This document shows positions 1 to 9,845 of a stretch of 64,000 nucleotides of DNA, piece by piece. Both the position numbers and the translations under genes were made by a program. The notes beneath the pieces were generated by a model, which saw only the letters and a list, made by a program, of their open reading frames with translations, ran no database searches and was not told the origin of the DNA. Source of the DNA: Verrucomicrobiota bacterium. GTDB taxonomy: Bacteria; Verrucomicrobiota; Verrucomicrobiia; Opitutales; Opitutaceae. The stretch covers positions 9,458-73,457 of the forward strand of contig VHCI01000003.1 in assembly GCA_016871775.1 (NCBI GenBank), in the 5' to 3' direction. Positions within the stretch are counted from its first letter, which is position 1; each line of letters opens with the position of its first letter.

Positions 1-149
1 GTTGGCGGTTGAGCAGCGGGGCGAGAGGGCGAGCAGATTTCGGTCGAGTAAGCCCGACGCCTACCCGGAGGGTAGGTGGAGCGGCTGACGCAGACCGAAG
101 GGTGCCGTCCAATCGTCTCGGGGCGACCCGTCCAACTGAATGAGTCCGG
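1..149. mobile_element. MITE-like structured repeat, copy A (left end lies outside the window)
   Basis: Colinear and nearly gap-free with 29751-29898 (shared GAGCAGCGGGG, TACCCGGAGGGTA, CTCGGGGCGACCCG, CAACTGAAT). Followed by CTGAG, the reverse complement of the CTCAG flank of copy B. Confidence 0.75.
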
Positions 150-206
150 CTGAGGCCGGCGCCGGGCGCGCCGCGCTCGGCGCTAGCCTTTGGGCAGGGA
201 ATCCGT

Positions 207-3074
207 TTGCTCTTGGCGATGCCCCAACCCACCCGCCTGCTCGCCACGCTCCTGCTGGGCGCCCTCACCCTGCCCGCGGCCGCGCCCCGCTTCGCCCATG
301 AGGACAGCGACCTCCGGCCCGACCCGGCCGCCCGCTTTGGTAAGCTCGAAAACGGCCTGCGCTACGTCGTCCTCCGCAACGCCGAGCCCAAGGGCCGCGC
401 CTCGCTCCGCCTTCTGATCCACGCCGGCAGCCTGCACGAGGAGGAGGACCAGCGCGGGGTCGCTCACTTCCTCGAGCACATGGCCTTCAACGGCAGCCGC
501 AACTTCGCGCCCGGCACGCTCGTGGAATTCTTCCAGCGGATGGGGATGAGCTTCGGCGGGGACACCAACGCCTCCACCGGCTTCGACCGCACGCTCTACC
601 TGCTGGAACTGCCCGAGACCTCCGAGGCCACGCTCGCCGAGGGCCTCCGCGTCTTCGGCGACTACGCCGCCGGCCTCCTGCTCGCCCCCGCGGAGATCGA
701 CCGCGAGCGCGGCATCATCCTCAGCGAGAAGCGTGCGCGCGACACCGTCGGCTTCCGCACCGCCGTCGCGCAGTTCGAGTTTATGCTCGGCGACACCCTC
801 CTGCCCCGCCGGATGCCCATCGGCGTCGCGGAGGTCATCCAGGGCGCCCCGCGCGAGAGCTTCCTCGCCTTCTGGGACCGCTGGTACCGCCCCGAACGGA
901 TGGCCGCGGTGATCGTGGGCGACGTCGACCCCGACCTCGCGGAACGCCTCGTCCGCGCGGCCTTCGCGCCCCTCACTGGCCGCGGCCCAGCCCCGGCGGA
1001 GCCGGACCGGGGCCGCGTGACGCGGTTCGACGGCGTGCGGGCGCGCTTCCACCCGGAGCCGGAGGCGACCGCCACCAGCGTGTCGCTGGCCGTGCTGGCG
1101 CCTCACCGGGCGGAGCCGGACAACGCCGCCCAGCGCGTGAGCCGCCTGCCGCGGCAGTTCGCGGTGTCGATGCTCAACCGCCGGCTCTCCGTCCTCGCCC
1201 GGCGTGAGGGGACCGCGTTCAGCGCCGCCCGCGTCTCGGTCAACGAGGGTTACCGGATCTACCGCGAGGCCACGGTTGACCTGACCTGCAAGCCGGAGCA
1301 GTGGGCCGCCGCGCTCGCGGTCGGGGAGCAGGAGCTGCGGCGCGCGCTGGAGCACGGGTTCCAGGCCGGCGAATTGGCGGAGACCAAGGCCTCGTACCGC
1401 AACGCCGTCGAGCAGGCCGTCCGCGGCGCCCCCACGCGGCGCTCCGGTAACCTCGCGGGCGAGATCGCGCAGTCGATCCTCGACGAGCGCGTGTTCACGC
1501 ACCCGGCGGCGACCCGCGACCTCTACCTGCCGGCGGTCGAGCGCATCACGGCAGCGGAGTGCCTCGCGGGGCTGCGCGAAGCGTTCACCGGCAACGGCCG
1601 GCACCTGATGGTCAGCGGCAACGTGACGCTGCCCGGCGACGCCGCCGCGGCCATCCTCGCCGCGCACACCGCTTCCGCTAGAGTCGCCGTGGAGCCGCCC
1701 GCGGACGCCGCGGAGGCGCGCTGGGCCTACACCGATTTCGGGGCCCCCGGACAGGTGGTCCGCCGGGAGCACGTCGCGGACCTCGACGTCACGCTCGTCA
1801 CCTTCGCCAACGGCGTGCGCCTGAACCTGAAGCGCACGGACTTCGAGGCCGGCATCCGGGTGAGCGCGCGCGTCGGCACCGGCGGCCTGACCGAACCGGC
1901 GGACCGGCGGGGGCTGGTGATGCTCGCCAACAGCGCGTTCACCGCCGGCGGGTTGGGCCGGCACGGGGTCGACGACCTCCGCCGGGTGCTCGCGGGCCGC
2001 AACGCGGGGATCAGTTTCCGGGTTGGCCAGGACGCGCTCGAGCTCGGCAACGCGGGCGGCGGAGGTGGCCGCGGCGGCCGGGGCGGCGGCGGGGGCGGCA
2101 CGACCCGCGAAGATCTGCTGCTTACGCTCCAACTGCTGACCGCGCACCTCACCGATCCCGGTTACCGGCCGGAGGCGCTGCGGCAGGTCCGCACCGGGAT
2201 GGAACAGATGTACACCGGATTCGCGCACACGCCCAACGGGCCGCTCTCCACCGAGGTCGCGAGCCTGATCGCGGGCGGCGACCACCGCTTCGGCGTACCG
2301 CCACGCGAGGTCCTCCTGGCCCGCGAACTCGGCGAGGTCCGGGAATGGCTCGCGCCCCAGCTCGCCCGCGGCGCGATCGAGGTCGCGCTGATCGGCGACC
2401 TCGACCCGGAGACCGCGATCGACGCCGTCGCCCGCACCCTCGGCGCGCTGCCGACGCGCGAGGAGCGGCCCGCCCTCGCGGACCTGCGGCGGGTCACGTT
2501 CCCCCGGGAGCCGTTCACTCGCGAGTACCGGATCAGCTCCGAGATCCCGAAGGGTGTGGTCGCGCTGTTCTGGCCCACCACGGATGCGTCCGACATCCGC
2601 CGCACGCGTCGCCTCACTCTGCTCGCAGGCGTGTTTAGCGACCGGTTGCGGGTGAAGATCCGCGAGGAGATGGGCGGCACCTACAGCCCCCGCGCGGCCA
2701 GCGCCTCCAGCGACACCTTCGCCGGGTACGGTTACCTCTCTACCTCGATCGACGTCGACCCGACCGCCGCCGCCAAGGTGCGGGAGGCCGTGGTGGACCT
2801 CGCCGACGACCTCGCCCGGAACGGGGTGACCGACGAGGAGCTCGAGCGGGCGCGTCTGCCAGCGCGGACCGCCGCCCGCGAGTCGCTCCGCACCAACGCG
2901 TACTGGCTGCAAGCCGTCCTCCCGCGCGCGCAGGAAAAGCCCGAGGTGCTCGACTGGGCGCGCTCCCGCACCGCGGACCTGGAGGCCGTTACCGCCGCTG
3001 AGCTCTCGGCGCTGGCCCGCGAGTACCTCCGCCGCGGGCGCGTGAGCCGCGTGACGGTCCTGCCGGGTTCCTGA
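207..3074 (+). CDS. Exported M16 family zinc protease (PqqL-like, fused two-module type)
   Basis: HFLEH inverted zincin motif followed by MAFNGS; N-terminal signal peptide; ~950 aa. The start could be ATG 219. Confidence 0.92.
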   Translation: MLLAMPQPTRLLATLLLGALTLPAAAPRFAHEDSDLRPDPAARFGKLENGLRYVVLRNAEPKGRASLRLLIHAGSLHEEEDQRGVAHFLEHMAFNGSRNFAPGTLVEFFQRMGMSFGGDTNASTGFDRTLYLLELPETSEATLAEGLRVFGDYAAGLLLAPAEIDRERGIILSEKRARDTVGFRTAVAQFEFMLGDTLLPRRMPIGVAEVIQGAPRESFLAFWDRWYRPERMAAVIVGDVDPDLAERLVRAAFAPLTGRGPAPAEPDRGRVTRFDGVRARFHPEPEATATSVSLAVLAPHRAEPDNAAQRVSRLPRQFAVSMLNRRLSVLARREGTAFSAARVSVNEGYRIYREATVDLTCKPEQWAAALAVGEQELRRALEHGFQAGELAETKASYRNAVEQAVRGAPTRRSGNLAGEIAQSILDERVFTHPAATRDLYLPAVERITAAECLAGLREAFTGNGRHLMVSGNVTLPGDAAAAILAAHTASARVAVEPPADAAEARWAYTDFGAPGQVVRREHVADLDVTLVTFANGVRLNLKRTDFEAGIRVSARVGTGGLTEPADRRGLVMLANSAFTAGGLGRHGVDDLRRVLAGRNAGISFRVGQDALELGNAGGGGGRGGRGGGGGGTTREDLLLTLQLLTAHLTDPGYRPEALRQVRTGMEQMYTGFAHTPNGPLSTEVASLIAGGDHRFGVPPREVLLARELGEVREWLAPQLARGAIEVALIGDLDPETAIDAVARTLGALPTREERPALADLRRVTFPREPFTREYRISSEIPKGVVALFWPTTDASDIRRTRRLTLLAGVFSDRLRVKIREEMGGTYSPRAASASSDTFAGYGYLSTSIDVDPTAAAKVREAVVDLADDLARNGVTDEELERARLPARTAARESLRTNAYWLQAVLPRAQEKPEVLDWARSRTADLEAVTAAELSALAREYLRRGRVSRVTVLPGS

Positions 3075-3084
3075 CGCGCGGCGG

Positions 3085-4587
3085 TCAGCGCGCGCGCCCC
3101 GGGATGCGGTTGAGCGTGTAGTAGGCGCGGGCGTGGCGGAGCGGCTGGCCTCCCGCGGAACGCAGGTCCCCGACCGCCAGCTCGTGCACGTGGCCCGGCC
3201 GCTGGCCGCCGCACCGCAGCGTCACGCTCCGCCGGTCCGACGCCACCGCGACCGCCTCGACCGTCACCGGCCGGGGGTCCGTCTCCGGGCTCCCGTAATT
3301 CTGGCGGTAAAGGTAGGTGTAGCTGCTCAAGGTGAACAACGCGGGCGTCACCACGGCCTCCCCGGCCAGCGGCTCCGTGAAGGTCAGGCGGAAGCCGTCC
3401 GGCGTCGCCTCCATCCGCTGGATCTCGAACGGCACCTTCCCCGTCCAGCGCAGCCGCTCGAGGCCGAAGGAGCGGGAACCGAGGGAATTCCAGCCGCGGT
3501 TGGATTCGCCCAAGATCATCGAGCCGTCGCCGAGGAACGCCATCTGGAGCACCGCCGACTGGAGTTGTTCCTGGAACGGGAAACACGCGCCCTGGTACTC
3601 GCCGTCGACCTGCTCGAGGAACACGCGGTTGACCTGCGCGAGGGTGAAGTCGCCCACGAACAGCTGCCCCGCGAAGGGGCCGAAGGCGCCGCCGGTCCGG
3701 TCGCAGACGATGCCCGTCGTGCTCTGCCCCATCTTCGCGTACGGGAACCACACCGCGGGCAGGGCGAAGCCCGGGATGCGCGCCGCCGCCTCCACCATGG
3801 TCAGGCCGGCCGGCAGCGGCCCCGGATCCCGGACCAGCGACTCGGGCCGCCGGGTCTCAGGGATCGAGTCCGCGTGGCCGTAGAACTTGCCCGGCCGCAC
3901 GTGGATCAGCGGGCAAGTGCCCCACCAGTTTCCCTGTTGGTCCGTGGCGAACACGTCCCCCGCGAGGTTGACCCCGAGGCCGAACGGCGACCGGAACCCG
4001 GCCGCCACCGGGAGCAACTCGCCGCCGGGCGCCTGCCGCATCGCCCAGCCCCGCCACAGGGGCCCCGCGGGCCGGTGGCCGTCGATCTTCGCCGGCGCGC
4101 CGATCGTCACGTTCAGCGTCACCCACAGGTTACCCTCGTGATCGAACACCGGGCCATAGGCGTACTCGTGGTAGTTGCCGGAGAGGCCCCAGCCCTTGGC
4201 CGCCGTCTCGTAGAGGTCCGCGACGCCGTCCCCGTCGCGGTCGGCGATGCGGGTGACCTCGCTGCGCTGCGCGGTGTAGAGGGCCCCGTCCCGCCACGTC
4301 AGGCCCAGCGGCTCGTGCAGGCCGGTCGCGAAACGACTGAAGCGGGCGCGCGCCGGATCCTCGAGCGGGTTCTCGAGGATCCAGATCTCACCCTTGCGCA
4401 GGGTGAGCGCGGCCCGCCCGTCCGGCAGGAGCGCGATGCCGCTCACCTCGAACTTGCTCTCGGTCGGGAGGGCGTAGGGGGTCAGCTCGTACGCGGGCGC
4501 GGCCGGCTCGGCGCCCCGGGCGAGGGCCGCGCCGAACGCGAGGAGCAGCGCGGCCCGCGACCCGCGGGCAAGACGTGCGGCGCTCAC
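3085..4587 (-). CDS. Exported beta-propeller protein, PVC-type glucose/sorbosone dehydrogenase-like
   Basis: Propeller-type motifs LHEPLGL, HEYAYGP, GFRSPFG, DQQGNW, GPFAGQLFVGD; signal peptide. GTG start (4587) overlaps the upstream stop (GTGA). Confidence 0.8.
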   Translation of the reverse strand: MSAARLARGSRAALLLAFGAALARGAEPAAPAYELTPYALPTESKFEVSGIALLPDGRAALTLRKGEIWILENPLEDPARARFSRFATGLHEPLGLTWRDGALYTAQRSEVTRIADRDGDGVADLYETAAKGWGLSGNYHEYAYGPVFDHEGNLWVTLNVTIGAPAKIDGHRPAGPLWRGWAMRQAPGGELLPVAAGFRSPFGLGVNLAGDVFATDQQGNWWGTCPLIHVRPGKFYGHADSIPETRRPESLVRDPGPLPAGLTMVEAAARIPGFALPAVWFPYAKMGQSTTGIVCDRTGGAFGPFAGQLFVGDFTLAQVNRVFLEQVDGEYQGACFPFQEQLQSAVLQMAFLGDGSMILGESNRGWNSLGSRSFGLERLRWTGKVPFEIQRMEATPDGFRLTFTEPLAGEAVVTPALFTLSSYTYLYRQNYGSPETDPRPVTVEAVAVASDRRSVTLRCGGQRPGHVHELAVGDLRSAGGQPLRHARAYYTLNRIPGRAR

Positions 4588-6788
4588 GGCAGCACCTCCT
4601 CGAGGAGGGCCTCGCCGGCGGGATCGAACGCGATCGGCCGCGGCGTCGCGCCGGGCGCCGCGCCCCGGAAGATCCAGCCCGGGCCGCCACCGCGCACCCG
4701 CAGCACCCGCAGGTAACCCCCGCCCGCCGGGTCGGGCCGCAAGGTGTCCTCGACCTGCAGCGGGCCGGCCTCGTACCGGAAGGTCGGCGTCCCGTCCGCG
4801 GCCGTGACGTGCCCGCGGAACCGGTGGGGCACCTCGGCCGCGCCGGCCTCCGCCCGCGCGAACGGCGTCCAGCCCGGCAGCGGCGTCACCGCGTCCCCCA
4901 GCGGCCGGGCGGGCGTCATCGCGCGCTCCTCCCAGGTGGTCAACGCGTCCAGGAAACGTCCCCGCCAGGTGAGGGCCCAGCGGACCTCGCGTCCGTCGAA
5001 CGCCGCGTGGCGCCCCGCGGGGGTGCCGACGGCGACCGCGTCGAGCCCGGCGCCCTGGAGGAAGGTGCGGAACACGAGCGTGCGCCCCGCCTGCTCCGGC
5101 CGCAGCTCGTACTCGCCGCCGCGCAGCAGGCCCTCGGGGAGCAGCTGCTGGTCGGCCTCCTTGAGGTAGGTCCAGAGCTGCTCGATCTCCTGGTTCGCCT
5201 TCGGGCGGCCCTGGAACATCGGCGGCATCCGCGTGCCGGGCTGCACGGACTGCGGGTTGAGGAGCAACTCCTTGAAATACTCCGGGAGCAGCCGCCGCGC
5301 GGCCGCGTCCAGCGGGATCGCCGACATCCCGACGGCGGGCCGTTCGCGCAACCCGTGGCAGGTGATGCAGCCCAGCCCGCCATCCTGCGTGCCCAGCAGC
5401 AGGCGGCCGTGGCCGGCGCGCTGGTGCAGCTGGCGGCCGCTCACGTCGATCGCGACCGGGGGCTCCCGCCGGTCCGCCTCCTCCCAGCGCGCCAGCACCG
5501 GCTCGGACACCGCGCGGCCGAAGGCCGGCATCCGCGCGACCTGGTAGGGCCGCACCTCGCCGCCGCCCTCCCAGAGCAACTTCGCCCACCACTCGCGGGT
5601 GAGCTTGCGCCCGACGTGGTCCAGGACCGGCGGCAGGTTGCCCATCTCGCCCAGGGCCTCGGCGGTGGCATCAGACACGGTGAAGAAGCGCTGCAGGGCG
5701 GGCTCGACCCCGCCGCGGCCGCCGCGGGTGTGGCACGCGTGGCAGTTCATCCGCGTCAGGAAACGCCCGACGTCGCCGGCCGCCCCGGGCCGCAGGAAGG
5801 AGTCGTCGCCCGCCAGCCGGCGCAGGGCGGCGCGCACCGCGTCCCGCTGTGCGGCATCAAGGCCGAAGTCGGGCGCACGCGGCGGGGGCGTCTCGGCGAG
5901 GCAACCCCGCGCCAGCGCCGCGTCGTCCGCCCGGAGCGCGGGCGCCGCCGGCGGGGCCGCCGCCGCGGGACCGGGCGAGGGATCCCCGTGGCACGCCGCG
6001 CAACCGCGCGTGGTGAAAAGCCGGCGGCCCTCCGTCACCAGCGCGGTCGGCACCGCCGCCGCCGCGGAAGTGGACGCGGGCGCGCCGCGCGCACGTTGCA
6101 GGTACGCCGCGACGTCCGCCGCCTCGGCGGGGGTCAGGTGGCTGTCCGGCATCCGCCCGGCGGGCCGCGCCGCGAGCGGATCGATCAGGAAGCGGACGAG
6201 GGCGGCGCGGTCGTAGCGCGCCCCGAGGGCCAGCGGCACCACCCCCAAGGGCTCCGGCGGCCGCGCCTCCCCGGCGGCGACGGGCAGGGCGAGGGACGGG
6301 TCCGCCGCGTGGCAGGCGACGCAGCCGACGGCGTGGTACAGGCGGCGACCGGCCTCGACCGAGCCCGCGGGCAATTCGGGTTCAGGGCGCGGCCGCCCGA
6401 GGGTGCCGAGGTAGGCGGCGAGCGCGGAGACCTCGGCGGCGGCTAGGGTGGTCCGCGGCATCAGCGTGCCGGGCTTGAATTCCGCGGGGTGCGCCAGGAA
6501 CGCGGCCAGCGCCGCGGGGTCAAGGCGCGCGCCGACATCCCCGAGGAGCGGGGCCGGGCGCGGCGGCAAACCCTCCGCGCCGGGCAGCCGGTGGCAGGCG
6601 ACGCAGTTGAGCTCCCCGAGCAGGAGCAACCCGCCCTCGGGCGCCGCGGCCGGCGCGGCGCGGTGGAAGCGCTCGAAGCCGGCGACGACGGGGGAGCCGG
6701 CGGCCGGCACGGCGGCAAGGCCGCACCCGAAGGTGGCCAGCAGGGCCCGGACCACCCGGACGGGAACCACGGGGCGCCGGGGGATCAC
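4584..6788 (-). CDS. Exported multiheme c-type cytochrome (5 CxxCH)
   Basis: CVACH, CVACH, CAACH, CHACH and CITCH, several followed by GxxMP axial-Met motifs (GTLMP, GRMP, GTRMP). GTG start overlaps the upstream stop. Confidence 0.88.
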   Translation of the reverse strand: MIPRRPVVPVRVVRALLATFGCGLAAVPAAGSPVVAGFERFHRAAPAAAPEGGLLLLGELNCVACHRLPGAEGLPPRPAPLLGDVGARLDPAALAAFLAHPAEFKPGTLMPRTTLAAAEVSALAAYLGTLGRPRPEPELPAGSVEAGRRLYHAVGCVACHAADPSLALPVAAGEARPPEPLGVVPLALGARYDRAALVRFLIDPLAARPAGRMPDSHLTPAEAADVAAYLQRARGAPASTSAAAAVPTALVTEGRRLFTTRGCAACHGDPSPGPAAAAPPAAPALRADDAALARGCLAETPPPRAPDFGLDAAQRDAVRAALRRLAGDDSFLRPGAAGDVGRFLTRMNCHACHTRGGRGGVEPALQRFFTVSDATAEALGEMGNLPPVLDHVGRKLTREWWAKLLWEGGGEVRPYQVARMPAFGRAVSEPVLARWEEADRREPPVAIDVSGRQLHQRAGHGRLLLGTQDGGLGCITCHGLRERPAVGMSAIPLDAAARRLLPEYFKELLLNPQSVQPGTRMPPMFQGRPKANQEIEQLWTYLKEADQQLLPEGLLRGGEYELRPEQAGRTLVFRTFLQGAGLDAVAVGTPAGRHAAFDGREVRWALTWRGRFLDALTTWEERAMTPARPLGDAVTPLPGWTPFARAEAGAAEVPHRFRGHVTAADGTPTFRYEAGPLQVEDTLRPDPAGGGYLRVLRVRGGGPGWIFRGAAPGATPRPIAFDPAGEALLEEVLP

Positions 6789-7729
6789 CGCGCGAACCCC
6801 CGCAGGATCGACTCCAGGTGGGCGCGCGAGCGGTTGATCTCGGCGGTGACGAGCGGGGCCGTCTCGAGGATCGGCCGGCCGCGCGGCGTGGGGTGCATAA
6901 AGATCTCGGTCCAGCCCGCGAAGCGGATGTCCTGCAGCGCGCGCAGCGGCGGCGCCCAATCGAGGGAGCCACGGCCGGGCAGCTGCATCAGTTCCTCGTC
7001 GAGGGGCATCGGCTTCATGCAGCCGCGCCCGTATTCCCAAGCGTAGAAGAGCAGCAGGCGGTCCCCGAGGTCGCGGATCAGGCCGGCGATCAGCGCGGGA
7101 TCCTGCGGCAGGTGGTAGGGCGCGAGGGCGATCCCGATCGGCAAACCCCGCCCGAAATCCCGCAGCCAGCGGATGGAGTCGGGCGTGTTGATCAACATAC
7201 TGCCGTGGTTCTCGACCGCGATATCGACGCCGGCGGCACGCGCCCGCTCGAGCGTGGGCCGCATCGCCTCCACAAACCGCCGCACCCCTTCCTTCAGCGC
7301 CTCGCCCGTCAGGCCGGCCTGCCCCTTCGCGCCCGTGACGATGAGGCGGCCGCTGTGGGACGCGACGAACGCGATCTCCTCGTCGAGCCCGTAGGGTCCG
7401 ATGTCGAAGCGGGTGGTGAGGGCAAGGGAGACCCCGTGGCGGCGCAGGGTGGCGGTCAGGCGCTCGCGGCCCCAGGCGTCAGCCTCCTCCCGCTGCGTCC
7501 CGTGGCGGCGCGGCCACAGGTCGATGGCGGTGGAACCCTGCCGCGGCACCTCCGGCAGGATCTGGTCGAGCGACAGCCCGCCGTACAGGCTCGAGGCGAC
7601 GGCGTAGCGGAGGGAGAAGCCGGCCGGGGCGGCGGCGCGGCCGGCGGCCGCCGCGACGGCGGCCAGCCCGGCGTGCTGAAGGAAGGTGCGGCGCGTCACC
7701 GCGGGCGTCAGGCGCTGGAGGAGGGGCAT
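6785..7729 (-). CDS. Tat-exported sugar phosphate isomerase/epimerase (xylose-isomerase-like TIM barrel)
   Basis: TRRTFL twin-arginine signal; AVENH and EIFMH metal-binding motifs. Confidence 0.85.
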   Translation of the reverse strand: MPLLQRLTPAVTRRTFLQHAGLAAVAAAAGRAAAPAGFSLRYAVASSLYGGLSLDQILPEVPRQGSTAIDLWPRRHGTQREEADAWGRERLTATLRRHGVSLALTTRFDIGPYGLDEEIAFVASHSGRLIVTGAKGQAGLTGEALKEGVRRFVEAMRPTLERARAAGVDIAVENHGSMLINTPDSIRWLRDFGRGLPIGIALAPYHLPQDPALIAGLIRDLGDRLLLFYAWEYGRGCMKPMPLDEELMQLPGRGSLDWAPPLRALQDIRFAGWTEIFMHPTPRGRPILETAPLVTAEINRSRAHLESILRGFAR

Positions 7730-7824
7730 GGCGGACGGGGGTAAGAGGGCCGATGAACCGCGGGCGGCCGGGCGCGCGGCGCCAAGAACCCCGGGCGGTC
7801 GCAGAGATTTTCGCTTGAATGTCA

Positions 7825-7836
7825 TTTGTCAACAAT
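7825..7836. promoter_or_regulatory. Candidate GntR operator 1 (TTTGTCAACAAT)
   Basis: Near-palindrome in the divergent gntR/isomerase intergenic region, identical to 9781-9792. Contains TTGACA on the minus strand. Confidence 0.7.
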
Positions 7837-7895
7837 CAATACCCACACGGGCGTTGCGTTCCGCGCGGGTGCGGATTCCGCTGCCCCGCTCCCTG

Positions 7896-8495
7896 ATGAA
7901 ACTCGCCTCCAACCTGCAGGAACAGGTCGCGTCGCACCTCCGCCGCCGAATCCTCTCCGGGCAACTGCTGCCGGACACCCCGCTGCGTGAGCAGACGCTC
8001 GCGGAGGAGTTCGGGATCAGCCGGGGGCCGATCCGGGACGCGCTGCTGCACCTGACCAAGGAGGGGCTGCTGGTGGCGAAGCCGAACGTCGGGGTGAAGG
8101 TCGCGGCCGAGCCGTCGGGCCTCAAGCGGAACGTCATCGTGCACCTGCGCCGGGAGATCGAGGCCTCCGCGGTGACGGCGTGGTTCGGCGCGCGCGACGC
8201 GGGCCTGCTGGGGCGGCTCGACGACAACCTCGCGCTTTACCGCGAGGCTTGCGGGGGCAGCGACCTGGGGCAGGTGGTGGAGCTGGATATGGCGTTCCAC
8301 CGGCTGATCGTGGAGGCGGCGGACCAGGGGAGCCTGGTGGACCTCTGGCTGCCGATAATGCTGCGGATGTTCCTGCGCTACTCGCGCCACCGGGACCTGA
8401 TGGAGAGTTACCGCGAGCACGCCGCCATCGTGCGGGCGATGCACGCCGGCCGCGAGTGGGAGGCGCTCGAGGCGCTGAAGAGCCACATCGTCTGA
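7896..8495 (+). CDS. GntR family transcriptional regulator with FCD domain
   Basis: wHTH LREQTLAEEFGISRGPIRDAL; FCD motifs DMAFHRLI and EHAAIVRA. Confidence 0.92.
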   Translation: MKLASNLQEQVASHLRRRILSGQLLPDTPLREQTLAEEFGISRGPIRDALLHLTKEGLLVAKPNVGVKVAAEPSGLKRNVIVHLRREIEASAVTAWFGARDAGLLGRLDDNLALYREACGGSDLGQVVELDMAFHRLIVEAADQGSLVDLWLPIMLRMFLRYSRHRDLMESYREHAAIVRAMHAGREWEALEALKSHIV

Positions 8496-8535
8496 CGCGG
8501 CCGCGCGGGCGCGGGGCGGTCTCCGCCGGTCCGGC

Positions 8536-9750
8536 TCAGGCGCGGGGGGCGGTGCGCACGATGCCGCGGGCCTCGAGGTCATCCACCTTCGCCGCGGCAT
8601 AGCCGGACTCGAGCAGCACCTCGCGCGTATGGGCGCCGAGTTCCGGGGCGAAGACGCGTTCCCGCGGCGGGGTGCCGTGGAGGCGCACCGGGGTGCCGAG
8701 CAGGCGGAACGCGCCCGCGGCGGGATGCGCCATCTCGACCACCATCCCGTTGGCCCGGACCTGGGGATCGTCGGCGGCCTCGGCGAGCGTGTTGATGCGG
8801 GCACAGAGGACGCCCTTGGCCTCGAGCTCGGCGAGCCACTCCGCGGTCGGGCGGGTGCGCAGGCGCGCCGCGAGCAGGCCGTTGAGCTCGGCGCGGTGGC
8901 GCGCCTGCAACTCGTGGGTGCGGAAACGCTCGTCCAACGAGAGGTCGCCGAGCCCGAGGGCGACCGAGATGTCGCGCAGCGCGTTCTCGCTGAACACGGG
9001 CGAGATCTCGAGGTAGCCGTCCCGCGTGGCGAAGGACTTGTCGATCGTGCTCTCGTTGGCGATCACGCCGGAGACCTCGGTGACGCGCCCCGCGTTCATC
9101 TCGGCGGGACCCTCCCAGCTGTGGGCGTGGAAGGCGACGCTGAGGAGGTCGGTCGTGACCTTCTGCCCCCGGCCTGTGCGCCCGCGGGCGAGCAACGCCA
9201 TCAAAATGCCCTGCATCAGCATCAGGCCCGCGGCGTAGTCGGCCGAGATGCCCGCCGGGATGGGCGGCTTCGCGGGGTCCGGCTGCACGAACCAGCCCGC
9301 CTCCGCGCGCGCCATCAGGTCGTGCCCGCCCCGCGCCCGGTCCGCCGACGGCCCGTGGTCGCCCCAGCCGCCGGACCACGCGTAGACCAGCCGCGGGTTG
9401 CGCCGCGCGAGTTCCTCGTAACCGAAACCCAGCTTCTCCATCACCCCCGCGCGGAAATTGTGCACCACCACGTCCGCCCGCGCCGCGAGGTCGTACACCG
9501 CCTGCTGCCCCGCCGGATCCTTCACGTCGATCGCCACGCTGCGCTTGTTCCGGTTCAGCCCGGCGAACGGCAGGCTCACCCCGTGGACAAACGGGCCCCA
9601 GCGACGGCTCCAGTCCCCCGCGCCCGGCCGCTCCACCTTGATCACGTCGGCACCGTAGTCGGCCAGGATCTGCGTCCCGACCGGCCCCTGATAAACGTGG
9701 GTGAAATCGAGGACCCGGATCCCGCCCAGCGCCGACTCGGAAGCTCGCAT
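8536..9750 (-). CDS. CaiB/BaiF family III CoA-transferase
   Basis: GIRVLDFT..GP, LADYGADVIKVE, NRNKRS, HNFR and the catalytic Asp in ADYAAG. Confidence 0.93.
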   Translation of the reverse strand: MRASESALGGIRVLDFTHVYQGPVGTQILADYGADVIKVERPGAGDWSRRWGPFVHGVSLPFAGLNRNKRSVAIDVKDPAGQQAVYDLAARADVVVHNFRAGVMEKLGFGYEELARRNPRLVYAWSGGWGDHGPSADRARGGHDLMARAEAGWFVQPDPAKPPIPAGISADYAAGLMLMQGILMALLARGRTGRGQKVTTDLLSVAFHAHSWEGPAEMNAGRVTEVSGVIANESTIDKSFATRDGYLEISPVFSENALRDISVALGLGDLSLDERFRTHELQARHRAELNGLLAARLRTRPTAEWLAELEAKGVLCARINTLAEAADDPQVRANGMVVEMAHPAAGAFRLLGTPVRLHGTPPRERVFAPELGAHTREVLLESGYAAAKVDDLEARGIVRTAPRA

Positions 9751-9780
9751 CCCCGAGGGACTAGCACGGCCTGATTGTAG

Positions 9781-9804
9781 TTTGTCAACAATACGTTTGA
9801 CAAC
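9781..9804. promoter_or_regulatory. Candidate GntR operator 2 (TTTGTCAACAAT plus adjacent GTTTGACAAC)
   Basis: Exact 12-mer repeat of operator 1, in the divergent CoA-transferase/hydratase intergenic region. Confidence 0.7.
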
Positions 9805-9845
9805 CCGTTATCTCAAGCGCGGCCTCCACGGGATCGAACTGACCT

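Noticed and set aside
183-2912. 909-aa antisense ORF, and similar ones (11327-13411, 26605-29634, 46520-48562, 57567-60389)
   Set aside because: They mirror well-supported genes on the other strand, have no motifs, and are expected from stop-codon scarcity at high GC.
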